This document shows, piece by piece, positions 28,204 through 38,146 of a stretch of DNA of 55,972 nt (position 1 is the first letter of the stretch; each line of letters begins with the position of its first letter). The notes under the pieces are model-generated. The model was not told the DNA's origin and did not search any database. It saw nothing but the letters and a program-made list of their open reading frames with translations. The DNA lies in assembly GCA_047622345.1 (NCBI GenBank), contig JBLHOA010000001.1:1-55972 (forward strand). The letters run 5' to 3'. The translations under genes were made by a program, and so were the position numbers. The DNA is from Gammaproteobacteria bacterium (GTDB lineage: Bacteria; Pseudomonadota; Gammaproteobacteria; GCA-001735895).

Positions 28204-29327
28204 GTCGGTTTCGGCGGCTTGTTAGATTCTGTCACAGCGAAGCGGCTGGCATCAAAATTGGTAATCAAGGGAGTTTCGTCGGCGCCGGTGATCCACTCCA
28301 CCACCGGCCCGGCATGCGCCGCGGCGAGCGATACCCCGCTGTGCGTGGCAATCGCAAAAGCGCCCGGGCATTGAACCGATTGCTGGTAAACGGGAATGCC
28401 ATCGGGGGTCATCACCCGCAATGCGCCCCAGGCGCGTAACAGCTGAACTTGTTCAAGCAACGGGAACATGCGAATCGCGCGCGCAGCAATACTGGCCATA
28501 ATCTCGATGCTGGTACCATCGTCGCGACCGACATCTTCATGCGAATCGCCGATCTGCACGCCGCCTTCGGCGGTTTGGCGGACCTGCAGCGTTGGGTAAT
28601 GTAAAAACGGGGCTATTTTTTCGGTAATCAGAATCTGCCCGCGAATGGCGCGTACCGGAACCTGCATGCCGAGCATCGCCGCCAGACGTTGCGTATCGAG
28701 CCCCGCGCAGATGACTACTTTTGCCGCGCTGTAACTGCCAGTTTTCGTTTGCAGCAGGAAGCCATTGTCGCGATGTTCGATCGATTCGACTTTTTTATTC
28801 GGATGATAGTCCACCGCCAGCGCCTGCATTTGCTGGTGCAATGCGCGCAATAGATAAAGCGGGTTAACATGACCATCCTGCGGCGAGTAACTGCCCCCGA
28901 TGACATCCTTGCCAATTTGCGGAATGATTTTTTTAAGCGCGCTGTGGTCGAGCATTTCGTACTCGAAGGCATCGCCGACGTGCTGCTGAACCTGCGCCAT
29001 TTCATTGCTGCGCGCGGCCCATTCAGCTTCGTTCAGGCAGAATTCGACCCCGCCCGGGCGTTGATAGTCGATGTCGACCCCACTGTTGGCCTGCAACTGC
29101 TGCGCGAGGGCTGGCCATAAATCAGCGCCGAAATTAGACCATTTGGCGTAAGCGGGACAATCCCAGCCTTTGCCCTGTACCCAGACCAGCCCGAAGTTCC
29201 CGCGCGAGGCGCGAAACGCGCGGTCGCCTTCATCGAGAACCTGGACCTTGTTTCTGCGCAAGGCAAGTCCATAGGCGAGCGCCGCGCCAACCAGACCACC
29301 GCCGACAACAAGGTAATCCTTATCCAT
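28200..29327 (-). CDS. FAD-dependent oxidoreductase (DAO family), HcnC / OoxB / LhpB-like subunit
   Basis: I start it at MDKDYLVVGGGLVGAALAYGLA, where the dinucleotide fold sits at the N-terminus. The longest ORF, to 29447, adds 40 non-homologous residues. Confidence 0.8.
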   Translation of the reverse strand: MDKDYLVVGGGLVGAALAYGLALRRNKVQVLDEGDRAFRASRGNFGLVWVQGKGWDCPAYAKWSNFGADLWPALAQQLQANSGVDIDYQRPGGVEFCLNEAEWAARSNEMAQVQQHVGDAFEYEMLDHSALKKIIPQIGKDVIGGSYSPQDGHVNPLYLLRALHQQMQALAVDYHPNKKVESIEHRDNGFLLQTKTGSYSAAKVVICAGLDTQRLAAMLGMQVPVRAIRGQILITEKIAPFLHYPTLQVRQTAEGGVQIGDSHEDVGRDDGTSIEIMASIAARAIRMFPLLEQVQLLRAWGALRVMTPDGIPVYQQSVQCPGAFAIATHSGVSLAAAHAGPVVEWITGADETPLITNFDASRFAVTESNKPPKPT

Positions 29328-29619
29328 CAGCCATAATCGGTCGCGCGATAACCGAGCTCGATTTTGCGGATGGTTTGATTCGATAGGGGAGTATTCATGC
29401 GAATTGCTTAGGTTGCTGTGGGGTGCAGTATACCTAAGCTTCAACAAACGACCGAAAATAACCCCACCGCAGGAGATGGTCGGTTTGTCTGGAAGGGTTT
29501 AGCGGGTATCGAAACGGGGTTCCAGTGCAGCTGCTTTGTCACTCAAAGCACGCGTTGTTATGACCCCGTCTAATCTTGTAATTCAGGCATGGTCGGGCCA
29601 GGTAGGTCTGGAAATTTTG

Positions 29620-30141
29620 TTAAACGCGCAATGCGGGCAGGGTTTCGCTGGATGGTACGAAGGTTAACGCCAGTCCGTTGTTGCACCAGCGCTTGCCGGT
29701 GGGTTCGGGGCCATCACTGAAAATATGGCCCTGGTGGCCTTCACAGCGGGCGCAATGGTATTCGGTACGCGGGAACAGTAACTTCCAGTCGCGTTTAACC
29801 CCGGTATTACCTTCGATGGACTGGAAGAAACTGGGCCAGCCGGTGCCGCTGTCAAACTTCGTGGTCGAGTCAAACAAAGGCAGAAAACAGGCCGCGCAAA
29901 CATAGGTTCCGGCGCGTTTTTCATCGTTCAGCGGGCTACTCCAGGGGCGTTCGGTCGCCTCTTCGAAAAGAATGTCATATTGTGCATCGGGCAGTAATTG
30001 CTGCCATTCCTTGCGGCTTTTCTTAATAACGGGGAATTCTCCCGGTTTTGCTTCTGTTTCACTCGCCGCAAGTACGACCTGCGGGGCGGCAAAGGTGACC
30101 AACGAGGTGAATGCTGCGGTGACGAATAGTCTTCGGTTCAT
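29620..30141 (-). CDS. msrB: Peptide-methionine (R)-S-oxide reductase MsrB, exported form
   Basis: 173 aa. Signal peptide MNRRLFVTAAFTSLVTFAAPQVVLAA. Zn CxxC pairs YVCAAC and HCARC. Catalytic region GTGWPSF...GHQGHIFSDGP. Confidence 0.9.
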   Translation of the reverse strand: MNRRLFVTAAFTSLVTFAAPQVVLAASETEAKPGEFPVIKKSRKEWQQLLPDAQYDILFEEATERPWSSPLNDEKRAGTYVCAACFLPLFDSTTKFDSGTGWPSFFQSIEGNTGVKRDWKLLFPRTEYHCARCEGHQGHIFSDGPEPTGKRWCNNGLALTFVPSSETLPALRV

Positions 30142-30240
30142 AGTTAAGGCCGATCGTGTTATTAATGATTGCTTAGTCTGACCGGGAATTGGCCAATTAA
30201 TTCCTGTGAGATAGTTTGCATTTAAGCAAACTCTGAATTA

Positions 30241-30650
30241 ATCGGGGTTTCCATTAGTTCGGTTTCATAGTGCCTTTGACTATAAGCGATTGGATGGTTG
30301 CTGTGTTTTTTCGCTATAGCAATCCAAACTCAGGACAGCACAATCCCCAACCCTGGTTTTATTCCAGAAAGTCATACAGCCACTTCCCCGACTGAAAGCC
30401 TAACATCGGCAGGCCTTGCGGTACTTCCTTAACGCCAACCGCTGAGCCCTTGCTCAAAGAGAGGCAGCTAACAAGAACAAGCCCTTAATAGAACGATCTA
30501 TAACCTTTGTTCAAGGCCAGCGAATCGCTAAATCACTACCCGAAAAAAGCGTCATATCGGCGTTCCCCGATAAATTGTATTAGTTCTCCGTTTAATACAA
30601 TCGAGATACACGCAAAATTTCGTCAGGGGCGTGGCCAGGGAGACTCCGAA
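30241..30650 (+). repeat. Intergenic paralogous element, copy B (with about 155 nt extra relative to copy A)
   Basis: See copy A. The conserved blocks are 30310..30326 and 30482..30650. They are separated by about 155 nt that copy A lacks. A perfect 9-bp inverted repeat, ATTGTATTA/TAATACAAT, lies around 30573..30600. Confidence 0.7.
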
Positions 30651-30740
30651 TTAAACAGAGTGTTCTTAAACAGAATTTTTGCATTGCGATGAATTTAGGG
30701 TAACGTCTTCAGCTGGAATAAATAGTCGGGTTTTACTGCG

Positions 30741-31853
30741 ATGACCGAAACAACATTAAATCAGCTCCATTCCAATCCAATCAGGGCACGCGATCTCGGC
30801 ATCCCTTTCGCCGGTAGCCCAGGGCGATGGAATGCCATTACCGATGTTCCGGGGATTCAGGTGGGCTACACGACCCTAATCGAAGACTTGCCCCCCGATG
30901 AAATTGGCCCAGTTGCAGTGCGCACCGGGGTTACCGCGATTCTACCCGACGCCCACAACCGGCAACTGCTGCGCAGCTGGGCTGGTTTTTCATCCTTCAA
31001 CGGTAACGGCGAATTAACCGGGGCACACTGGATTAACGAGGCGGGTTTTTTCCTGGGTCCGATCCTGTTAACCAATACGCACAGCGTGGGCATGGCCCAT
31101 CACGCCTGCCTGCAATGGTTAACCCGCCGGGCGGAATACGAAGCCAGCAATGATCGCTGGTTACTGCCCGTGGTCGCCGAGACTTGCGACGACGAATTGA
31201 ATGACATCAATGGCTTTCACGTCGAGGTCGGGCATGTTGTCGATGCCATCGAAAGCGCAGCCTCGGGGACGATTGCCGAAGGTAATGTCGGCGGTGGCAC
31301 CGGTATGCGCTGTTACGAATTCAAAGGGGGCACCGGCACTGCTTCGCGAATGGTGAAGGTCGGTGATCAGAGTTACACGCTGGCCGCGCTGGTACAGGCC
31401 AACTTTGGCCTGCGCAAAGACTTGACCATTGCCGGCAAACCGGTTGGTCGACTTAGTCGTCAGGCACAGGGGGCAAATCGCGACTCGGGTTCGTTGATCG
31501 TGATAATCGCCACCGATGCGCCTTTGCTGCCCCTGCAATTGCAGCGCATTGCGCGCCGCTGCGCGATCGGCATGGCGCGCACCGGAACCCCGGGTTACGA
31601 TGGCTCGGGCGATTTGTTTCTCGCCTTTACCACCGCACGCGCGCAAGCCGGTGATAAAGGCAGCCTCGTTGAAACCATGCCTTTTCTACCCTCCGATCAA
31701 CTCGATGCCTTGTTTGAGGCTACCGTGCAAAGCACCGAAGAGGCGATAGTCAATGCACTGGTAGCCGCGCAAAGCATGGTCGGCCACCGTGGGCGAAGCT
31801 TCGAGGGGGTCGATCTTGATTGGTTAGCGGGATTGTTTGATCGCGAGTTATGA
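30741..31853 (+). CDS. P1/S58-family peptidase (DmpA/BapA-like aminopeptidase)
   Basis: 370 aa. GNVGGGTGMRCYEFKGGTGTASR and DSGSLIVIIATDAPLLPLQLQRIARR are typical of the self-processing DmpA family. Confidence 0.75.
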   Translation: MTETTLNQLHSNPIRARDLGIPFAGSPGRWNAITDVPGIQVGYTTLIEDLPPDEIGPVAVRTGVTAILPDAHNRQLLRSWAGFSSFNGNGELTGAHWINEAGFFLGPILLTNTHSVGMAHHACLQWLTRRAEYEASNDRWLLPVVAETCDDELNDINGFHVEVGHVVDAIESAASGTIAEGNVGGGTGMRCYEFKGGTGTASRMVKVGDQSYTLAALVQANFGLRKDLTIAGKPVGRLSRQAQGANRDSGSLIVIIATDAPLLPLQLQRIARRCAIGMARTGTPGYDGSGDLFLAFTTARAQAGDKGSLVETMPFLPSDQLDALFEATVQSTEEAIVNALVAAQSMVGHRGRSFEGVDLDWLAGLFDREL

Positions 31854-31913
31854 TGCAAACAGAGCAAATACAAACTGAATTTAATTAATTAAACCAGGTT
31901 CAAGGACTACACC

Positions 31914-32402
31914 ATGAAATGTTTAAATAAGACTATTTTCGCCACAATTACACTGGCCGCGATTTTCAGCGCACAGGCTGCTGATCCATCACCGACGTTA
32001 ACGCTGCGCAGCCTGGCCCCGCCTATTGCCCATCAAATGGTATTCGCCGCGGTGGATGACTGCAGCCGCCGGGGATATAAGGTGTCGGCGGCGGTGGTCG
32101 ATCGACATGGCAACCTCGCCGCGTTTTTGCGCGACCCCTTGTCGGGGCCGCATACCATCGAAGTCAGTCAACGAAAAGCTTATTCGTCGGCCAGTCTGCA
32201 GACAGCAACCTCGCAGATGGCAGGACGCACCGACCTCAGCTTCGCCCCGGGAATCCTGTTAATTGTCGGTGGTTTGCCGATCGAATTCGGCGGTAATTTT
32301 TACGGCGGGGTGGCGGTGTCCGGCGCCGAACCCGAAATCGACGAAGCCTGCGCGCAGGCTGGCATCGATGCGGTGGCCGACGCGATCGAGTTTGCCGACT
32401 GA
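31914..32402 (+). CDS. GlcG/HbpS-like (DUF336) haem-binding-family protein, exported
   Basis: 162 aa with a signal peptide. The core reads GYKVSAAVVDRHGNLAAFLRDPLSGPHTIEVSQRKAYSSASL...GGLPI...GGVAVSGA. Confidence 0.75.
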   Translation: MKCLNKTIFATITLAAIFSAQAADPSPTLTLRSLAPPIAHQMVFAAVDDCSRRGYKVSAAVVDRHGNLAAFLRDPLSGPHTIEVSQRKAYSSASLQTATSQMAGRTDLSFAPGILLIVGGLPIEFGGNFYGGVAVSGAEPEIDEACAQAGIDAVADAIEFAD

Positions 32403-32439
32403 TTTAATCGTCGGTCGAGCGACTACCTTTCGGTTCAAT

Positions 32440-33717
32440 TCAAGCTTTGTAAATTTCTGGCGTCGGCATGCTCGCCTTGCCCTGTTCGATTCGTTGTACC
32501 GTACCTTCGCGTTGAAACTGGTTGCTCGCATCGGTATTTTCGCGCGCGAGCGCCTCGATACGCAGGCGCGCGGTTTCGGGAACAATGCGCCCGGCATCGC
32601 CAAGCGCTTGATGGCGCGCCCAGACGTGATACTTCTTACGCATCTGGTGCGGCTGGTAAATGCTCATTTCGTCGGGGGTGAGTTCCTGTTCGAGGGTGAG
32701 CGCACCGGCGGCCGTGGCATCAGCAAGCAATTTTTCACCAGCCTGCGTACGCGCCACCATCGCATTTACCCCGGGGTCGGTTTCGCTGTCGACCCGGTTC
32801 GGCGAACCGCCGACCCAGCTGTCGGCCACCGCGATGTCGGCCGCTTCGCCGATGCCATCGGGGCAGACTTTGCAGCGAAAGGGTAAGCCCCACATGGATT
32901 CGTCGTCGCCCCAATAGTCGAGGTAGTGAAAATCACGGCTTTTGCCATCGGCGACCACGGTGGTCGGTCCGGGGCAACCGCGGCCGCGGTAGCGCAAGGT
33001 GGTGACCGTATCAGGGTCAATCTCATTGCGTTTATAAAATGCCTGCGTGGTCGCAGGCGCTCCGTAGCCGCCGCAAACCATCACCAGCCAATACTTAACC
33101 AGTTGATCCACGCGCGGGTCGTGGCGGGCAAGGTTGCGTAACGCAGACACATCGCAGGGTTTGGCGATAAAGGCGAAGGGCTGGTTGCGATCGAGTGCCG
33201 CGTTAATATCGATCAATGGTGCGCTCGGGCCGTAGCGGGAACCTGCGGCTTCGATGACATCGGCCTTGTTGAAACTCAAGGTCGCTACACCGAAACTCGG
33301 GTCATGGGTCGCGCTTTTCACCTGCAGAATAAAATCGACTTTTTTGCTTTCCAATAGATATATCCCAAGCGCAGTGAGTACACCACCGGTGGAGCCTTCA
33401 AAGCGTTGTCCGGCTTCGCCTGCCCAGCCGCGCACCATGCGCCGCCAGGGGCCCCAGACGTTATCGTGATGGGTATCGTCTTCGAGTAGCCGCTCGGGCA
33501 AACCTTCGATGCGCGTGCCCGGACAGATATCGTAAATTTGATCGACGGTTGCGTCGTCGAGCTCGACCAGCGCGACCGGCTGTTCAAAACCCGATAGTGT
33601 TTTGACGACAGCAATCCGTTCAGGCCCTGCGAACGACTGGCACAGGCCGCAGCCGATGCAAAGGCCCTGTTCGACGATGGCGTTGAGGCGTTGGTTGGCG
33701 GTTTTATGCTGGGTCAT
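32440..33717 (-). CDS. FrhB-family (coenzyme F420 hydrogenase/dehydrogenase beta-like) Fe-S flavoprotein
   Basis: About 425 aa. N-terminal ferredoxin-type CIGCGLCQSF, FrhB_N/FrhB_C-like core (GSTGGVLTAL, PCDVSALR, MVCGG), and a late Cys cluster (RGRGCPG, FRCKVCPD). I chose ATG 33717, which is preceded by AGGA at 7 nt. The longest ORF starts at GTG 33756. Confidence 0.7.
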   Translation of the reverse strand: MTQHKTANQRLNAIVEQGLCIGCGLCQSFAGPERIAVVKTLSGFEQPVALVELDDATVDQIYDICPGTRIEGLPERLLEDDTHHDNVWGPWRRMVRGWAGEAGQRFEGSTGGVLTALGIYLLESKKVDFILQVKSATHDPSFGVATLSFNKADVIEAAGSRYGPSAPLIDINAALDRNQPFAFIAKPCDVSALRNLARHDPRVDQLVKYWLVMVCGGYGAPATTQAFYKRNEIDPDTVTTLRYRGRGCPGPTTVVADGKSRDFHYLDYWGDDESMWGLPFRCKVCPDGIGEAADIAVADSWVGGSPNRVDSETDPGVNAMVARTQAGEKLLADATAAGALTLEQELTPDEMSIYQPHQMRKKYHVWARHQALGDAGRIVPETARLRIEALARENTDASNQFQREGTVQRIEQGKASMPTPEIYKA

Positions 33718-34120
33718 CGCTAATTCCTGACTATTGATAGGCGTGTTCTGCGCCACTGGCTGAAAAATGATTCGGTATTGCTGCGCAGCTTAGGCCGGGC
33801 CGACCCGCGTAACAAGGGGCGGGTGCCATTTTTACGGACTGCCTTCGCGTTAACCGGCAGTGAGCAGCCGTCCCCGATAATATGTTGCATCTCGCCCCGC
33901 AAAACACTAAAAAAGTTTGTGCCCCTATGATTCCGACTGGCGAAACGGTATTTAGCCTGTCAGGTTCGGACCCTGATATGAATGCTCCCGAAGACTGCGC
34001 TAAGCTGCAGGGTTAAGGTAAAGATGACGATTCGAATAAAAACAGTGGGTTGCTTGAAGGCATTGTCGACGGACCGGCCAGGCTGAACATTACTGTGTAA
34101 TGCTTCGATAAGCAGGCATT

Positions 34121-34159
34121 AAAAAGCCCGGCTGGGAAATCAACCGGGCTATGTTTTTG
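34121..34159 (-). terminator. Bidirectional intrinsic terminator ending the hpsN-comDE operon
   Basis: AAAAAGCCCGG-(12 nt loop)-CCGGGCTATGTTTTTG. The 7-bp GC-rich stem is flanked by an A run and a T run. It lies about 95 nt downstream of the comE stop. Confidence 0.7.
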
Positions 34160-34252
34160 TCCTTGAACTGTTGAATATTGCGATGGCTGGCTGCGCGGAA
34201 CTCGGCTTGTGATACCGACTTTCGCGGACTTTATGCCCGACCGCTAAGCCTT

Positions 34253-34816
34253 TTAGCTATTCCGAGCTTCCAGCGCCTTCATAAAGCGATCACGGATGAC
34301 CACCGGATCCATCGTGATCACAGGTACCTTGATATTGCCCGATTCACATTTGCACACGATAACCGTCATTTGATTACTGTCGAGTGCCGCCTGAACCGCA
34401 GCCGCCGTGTCTTCGGCCTGGCATTCGATAACCCGCTCACAACCACAGGCTTTAGCCACCGCGGTGAGTGACGTCTTTTTGCCGGCGTAGGTGGGTTGGT
34501 CACCGGTTGAGCCGTAACTGCCGTTATCGATAATCAACAGAATAAAATTATCGGCGACATTGTTAGCGATGGTGGGCAGGGTGCCGAAGTTGGTCAATAC
34601 TGAACCGTCGCCATCGATGGCGATCACCTTCTGTCGTTGCGCGAGCGCAAGTCCCAGCCCTATCGAGGATGACAGGCCCATGGTGCCGAGCATGTAAAAA
34701 TTGGTCGGCTGATCGTCCATCATGTGCAGCTCCTGACTCGGCAGGCCGATATTGCAGACCACAAACTGGTCAGAAATAACCGGGATCAGCGATTTTAAAA
34801 CTTCAGAGCGAATCAT
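34253..34816 (-). CDS. comE: Sulfopyruvate decarboxylase beta subunit (ThDP-binding, ComE-like)
   Basis: 187 aa. ThDP motif IAIDGDGSVLTNFGTLPTIAN...LIIDNGSYGSTG. A 2-nt gap separates it from the alpha-subunit gene. Confidence 0.75.
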   Translation of the reverse strand: MIRSEVLKSLIPVISDQFVVCNIGLPSQELHMMDDQPTNFYMLGTMGLSSSIGLGLALAQRQKVIAIDGDGSVLTNFGTLPTIANNVADNFILLIIDNGSYGSTGDQPTYAGKKTSLTAVAKACGCERVIECQAEDTAAAVQAALDSNQMTVIVCKCESGNIKVPVITMDPVVIRDRFMKALEARNS

Positions 34817-34818
34817 TA

Positions 34819-35319
34819 TTAATACCCCTTCCAGAAAGTTGCATCGGTCAGTATGGCCACCGGTTTATTGCACATGAAACAGTGCTTCAATATGGCGTCG
34901 AGCTCGTCCAGGTCGTCTTCCTGATGAAAGTGATAAGTCGGTATATTGAGCTGCGCGAGCAGGGCTTTGGTGTGCACCGCCATCTCAACCTGGCAGGCGA
35001 CCGGCTCACCCAGTTCACCGCGATAACTGATCAGCATTGGTAGGGGCATTCGATAATACTGGGTGAGCGTAACCAGCGTGTTGACGACAACACCGATTGC
35101 GGTGTTCTGCATGATTATTGCCGCGCGTTTACCGCCCATATAGGCACCGGCACAAAGCCCGATTCCTTCGTCTTCCTTATTCGAAGGAATGTGATAGATA
35201 TCGTCGTTTGCTTCGATTTTTTCAATCACGCCCGCCAGCTGTTTGCAGGGGACCGTGGTAACAAACTCGATACCGTTATTGACGAAGTCATTAACAATTC
35301 GATCATCTTGTTGTGCCAT
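34819..35319 (-). CDS. comD: Sulfopyruvate decarboxylase alpha subunit (ComD-like)
   Basis: 166 aa. Pyrimidine-binding half of a split ThDP enzyme (VPCKQLAGVI...NKEDEGIGLCAGAYMGGKRAAIIMQNTAIG). The split alpha/beta organisation is typical of ComDE rather than single-chain phosphonopyruvate decarboxylase. Confidence 0.75.
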   Translation of the reverse strand: MAQQDDRIVNDFVNNGIEFVTTVPCKQLAGVIEKIEANDDIYHIPSNKEDEGIGLCAGAYMGGKRAAIIMQNTAIGVVVNTLVTLTQYYRMPLPMLISYRGELGEPVACQVEMAVHTKALLAQLNIPTYHFHQEDDLDELDAILKHCFMCNKPVAILTDATFWKGY

Positions 35320-35436
35320 TATTTACCTTCCATATAATGTTGCTGTTTACGTTTTGCTTCAAATTAACCGTTCTGCGTATTCGGCCGCAGTTTTACCCGC
35401 CTACTGTGCAAAAACTGGACGGCTAATGCAACCGGA

Positions 35437-36780
<1,344 letters not shown>

Positions 36781-36782
36781 GG

Positions 36783-36811
36783 AGGTTAAAATAGTCCTTT
36801 GAACTTGTCAA
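36783..36811 (-). promoter_or_regulatory. Candidate sigma70 promoter of the hpsN-comDE operon
   Basis: On the minus strand: TTGACA (36811..36806), a 17-nt spacer, then TAACCT (36788..36783). The operator palindrome begins 3 nt downstream of the -10. Confidence 0.5.
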
Positions 36812-36922
36812 TGACAAATCAACGCTCGAAGATAGTCAGCCGTGTCTGCCCCGGGGCAGCCGATACTATCAGGATGGTTCTTATCGGTGTAAATTACCTT
36901 CGAATTGACCCTCGGAATGCGA

Positions 36923-38032
36923 ATGTCTGACCCACCTGCCAACCCAATCGACAAAACCCAAACTGACCAAATCAATACGGGCAAACAAAAACTGCGTCGG
37001 CATCGAAAAAGCAACGACAAGGGTGCGTCGTTAAGCGATGTCGCGCGCAGTGCCGGGGTTTCCACGGCGACGGTGTCCCGCGTGCTTAACAACCCTGAAA
37101 AAGTAGCTGAGAAAAAACGATTGAAGGTTCAGGCCGCGGTCGAGCAACTGGGTTATATACCAGATGGCGCTGCCCGCGCGCTGGCCTCCCGGCATTCGCA
37201 CATTATCGGCGCAGTAGTGCCGACCCTCGACAATGCTATTTTTGCCTCTGGCATTCAGGGTTTTCAACGCAAGCTTAAAAGCCTCGGCTATACCGTTATC
37301 ATCGCCAGCCACGAATACGACCTGGCAGAAGAATTGAATGAAGTGCGAACACTGTTGCGTCAGGGCGTGGATGCCCTGCTCATGGTCGGTTCTGCGCACG
37401 ATCCGCAGTTGCTCAAATTGCTCGCCGAAAAGAAAATTCCTTACGTCAATTGCTGGGCTTACAAACCCGATTCCAGTGAGCCTTATATCGGTTTTGACAA
37501 TAAAAAAGCGGCGCTGAAGCTCAGCAATTATCTGCTCGATTCCGGGCACCGAGACTTCGCCGTAATCGCAGGGCGCACGCGGAATAACGACCGTGCGCTG
37601 GATCGCCTGTCGGGGGTAAAAGAAGCGCTTGCTGCGCGGGCGTTGACGATACCCGCCGATCGAATTATCGAGTGTTCGTATTCGCTGAAGCAGGGCAGGG
37701 AAGCGATGCGAAGTTTGCTGCGGACAAGGCCCTGGCCGACCGCAGTAGTGTGTGGCAATGACATTCTCGCTATGGGGGCGCTGGCGGAGTGTCAGGCGGC
37801 CGGCATTTCGGTACCGCAGAAGATTTCGATAACCGGCTTTGATGATCTCGATATCAGCGCGCAGATTGTTCCTGCCTTAACCACCATCCACGTGCCGCTG
37901 GTTGAAATGGGCGAACTGGCGGCCGAATTTCTGGTTGCCCGCATCAATCAGGAGCCTGTTTCGGCGCAAACCGAAATCGATACCGACCTGATAGTCAGGG
38001 AAACAACCGCCGGGCCGCGGCAAAAGTTTTAA
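36923..38032 (+). CDS. LacI-family transcriptional regulator
   Basis: HTH is ASLSDVARSAGVSTATVSRVLNNP, followed by a periplasmic-binding-fold effector domain. The start is uncertain: TTG 36905, ATG 36917 or ATG 36923. An unusual leader of about 30-40 aa precedes the HTH. Confidence 0.88.
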   Translation: MSDPPANPIDKTQTDQINTGKQKLRRHRKSNDKGASLSDVARSAGVSTATVSRVLNNPEKVAEKKRLKVQAAVEQLGYIPDGAARALASRHSHIIGAVVPTLDNAIFASGIQGFQRKLKSLGYTVIIASHEYDLAEELNEVRTLLRQGVDALLMVGSAHDPQLLKLLAEKKIPYVNCWAYKPDSSEPYIGFDNKKAALKLSNYLLDSGHRDFAVIAGRTRNNDRALDRLSGVKEALAARALTIPADRIIECSYSLKQGREAMRSLLRTRPWPTAVVCGNDILAMGALAECQAAGISVPQKISITGFDDLDISAQIVPALTTIHVPLVEMGELAAEFLVARINQEPVSAQTEIDTDLIVRETTAGPRQKF

Positions 38033-38146
38033 CCGGAGAAGACGAGCTGGCCTGATCGGACGGGGTCTCGTTGAATTGGACAAATTCGATATCGACAATA
38101 ATTCTGTAACCGTTTACAAATATAGGTAAAAACCTGCCTTGCCAGG

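Noticed and set aside
29446-29486. Imperfect hairpin (AAACGACC...GGTCGGTTT) downstream of msrB, considered as a terminator. Also the 7-bp inverted repeat CTTAGGT/ACCTAAG at 29407..29438.
   Set aside because: The stem needs a bulge, the loop is 24 nt, the T tract is weak, and it lies about 135 nt from the msrB stop. It is not convincing without folding-energy calculation or transcript data.
33752-33758. GCCACTG, resembling the core of a cobalamin-riboswitch B12 box, near the start of the FrhB-like gene.
   Set aside because: It is on the plus strand, antisense to the only nearby gene, and overlaps the alternative GTG start. I could not find the other conserved cobalamin-riboswitch elements (GGGAA / GGTGAAAATCC-type segments) on either strand.
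33948-33967. The minus-strand stretch GAACCTGACAGGCTAAATACC is reminiscent of the ACCTGATCTGGATAATGCC part of a TPP riboswitch.
   Set aside because: The invariant CUGAGA element and matching pairing partners are absent upstream, and the downstream gene has no link to thiamine. This needs an Infernal scan before any claim.
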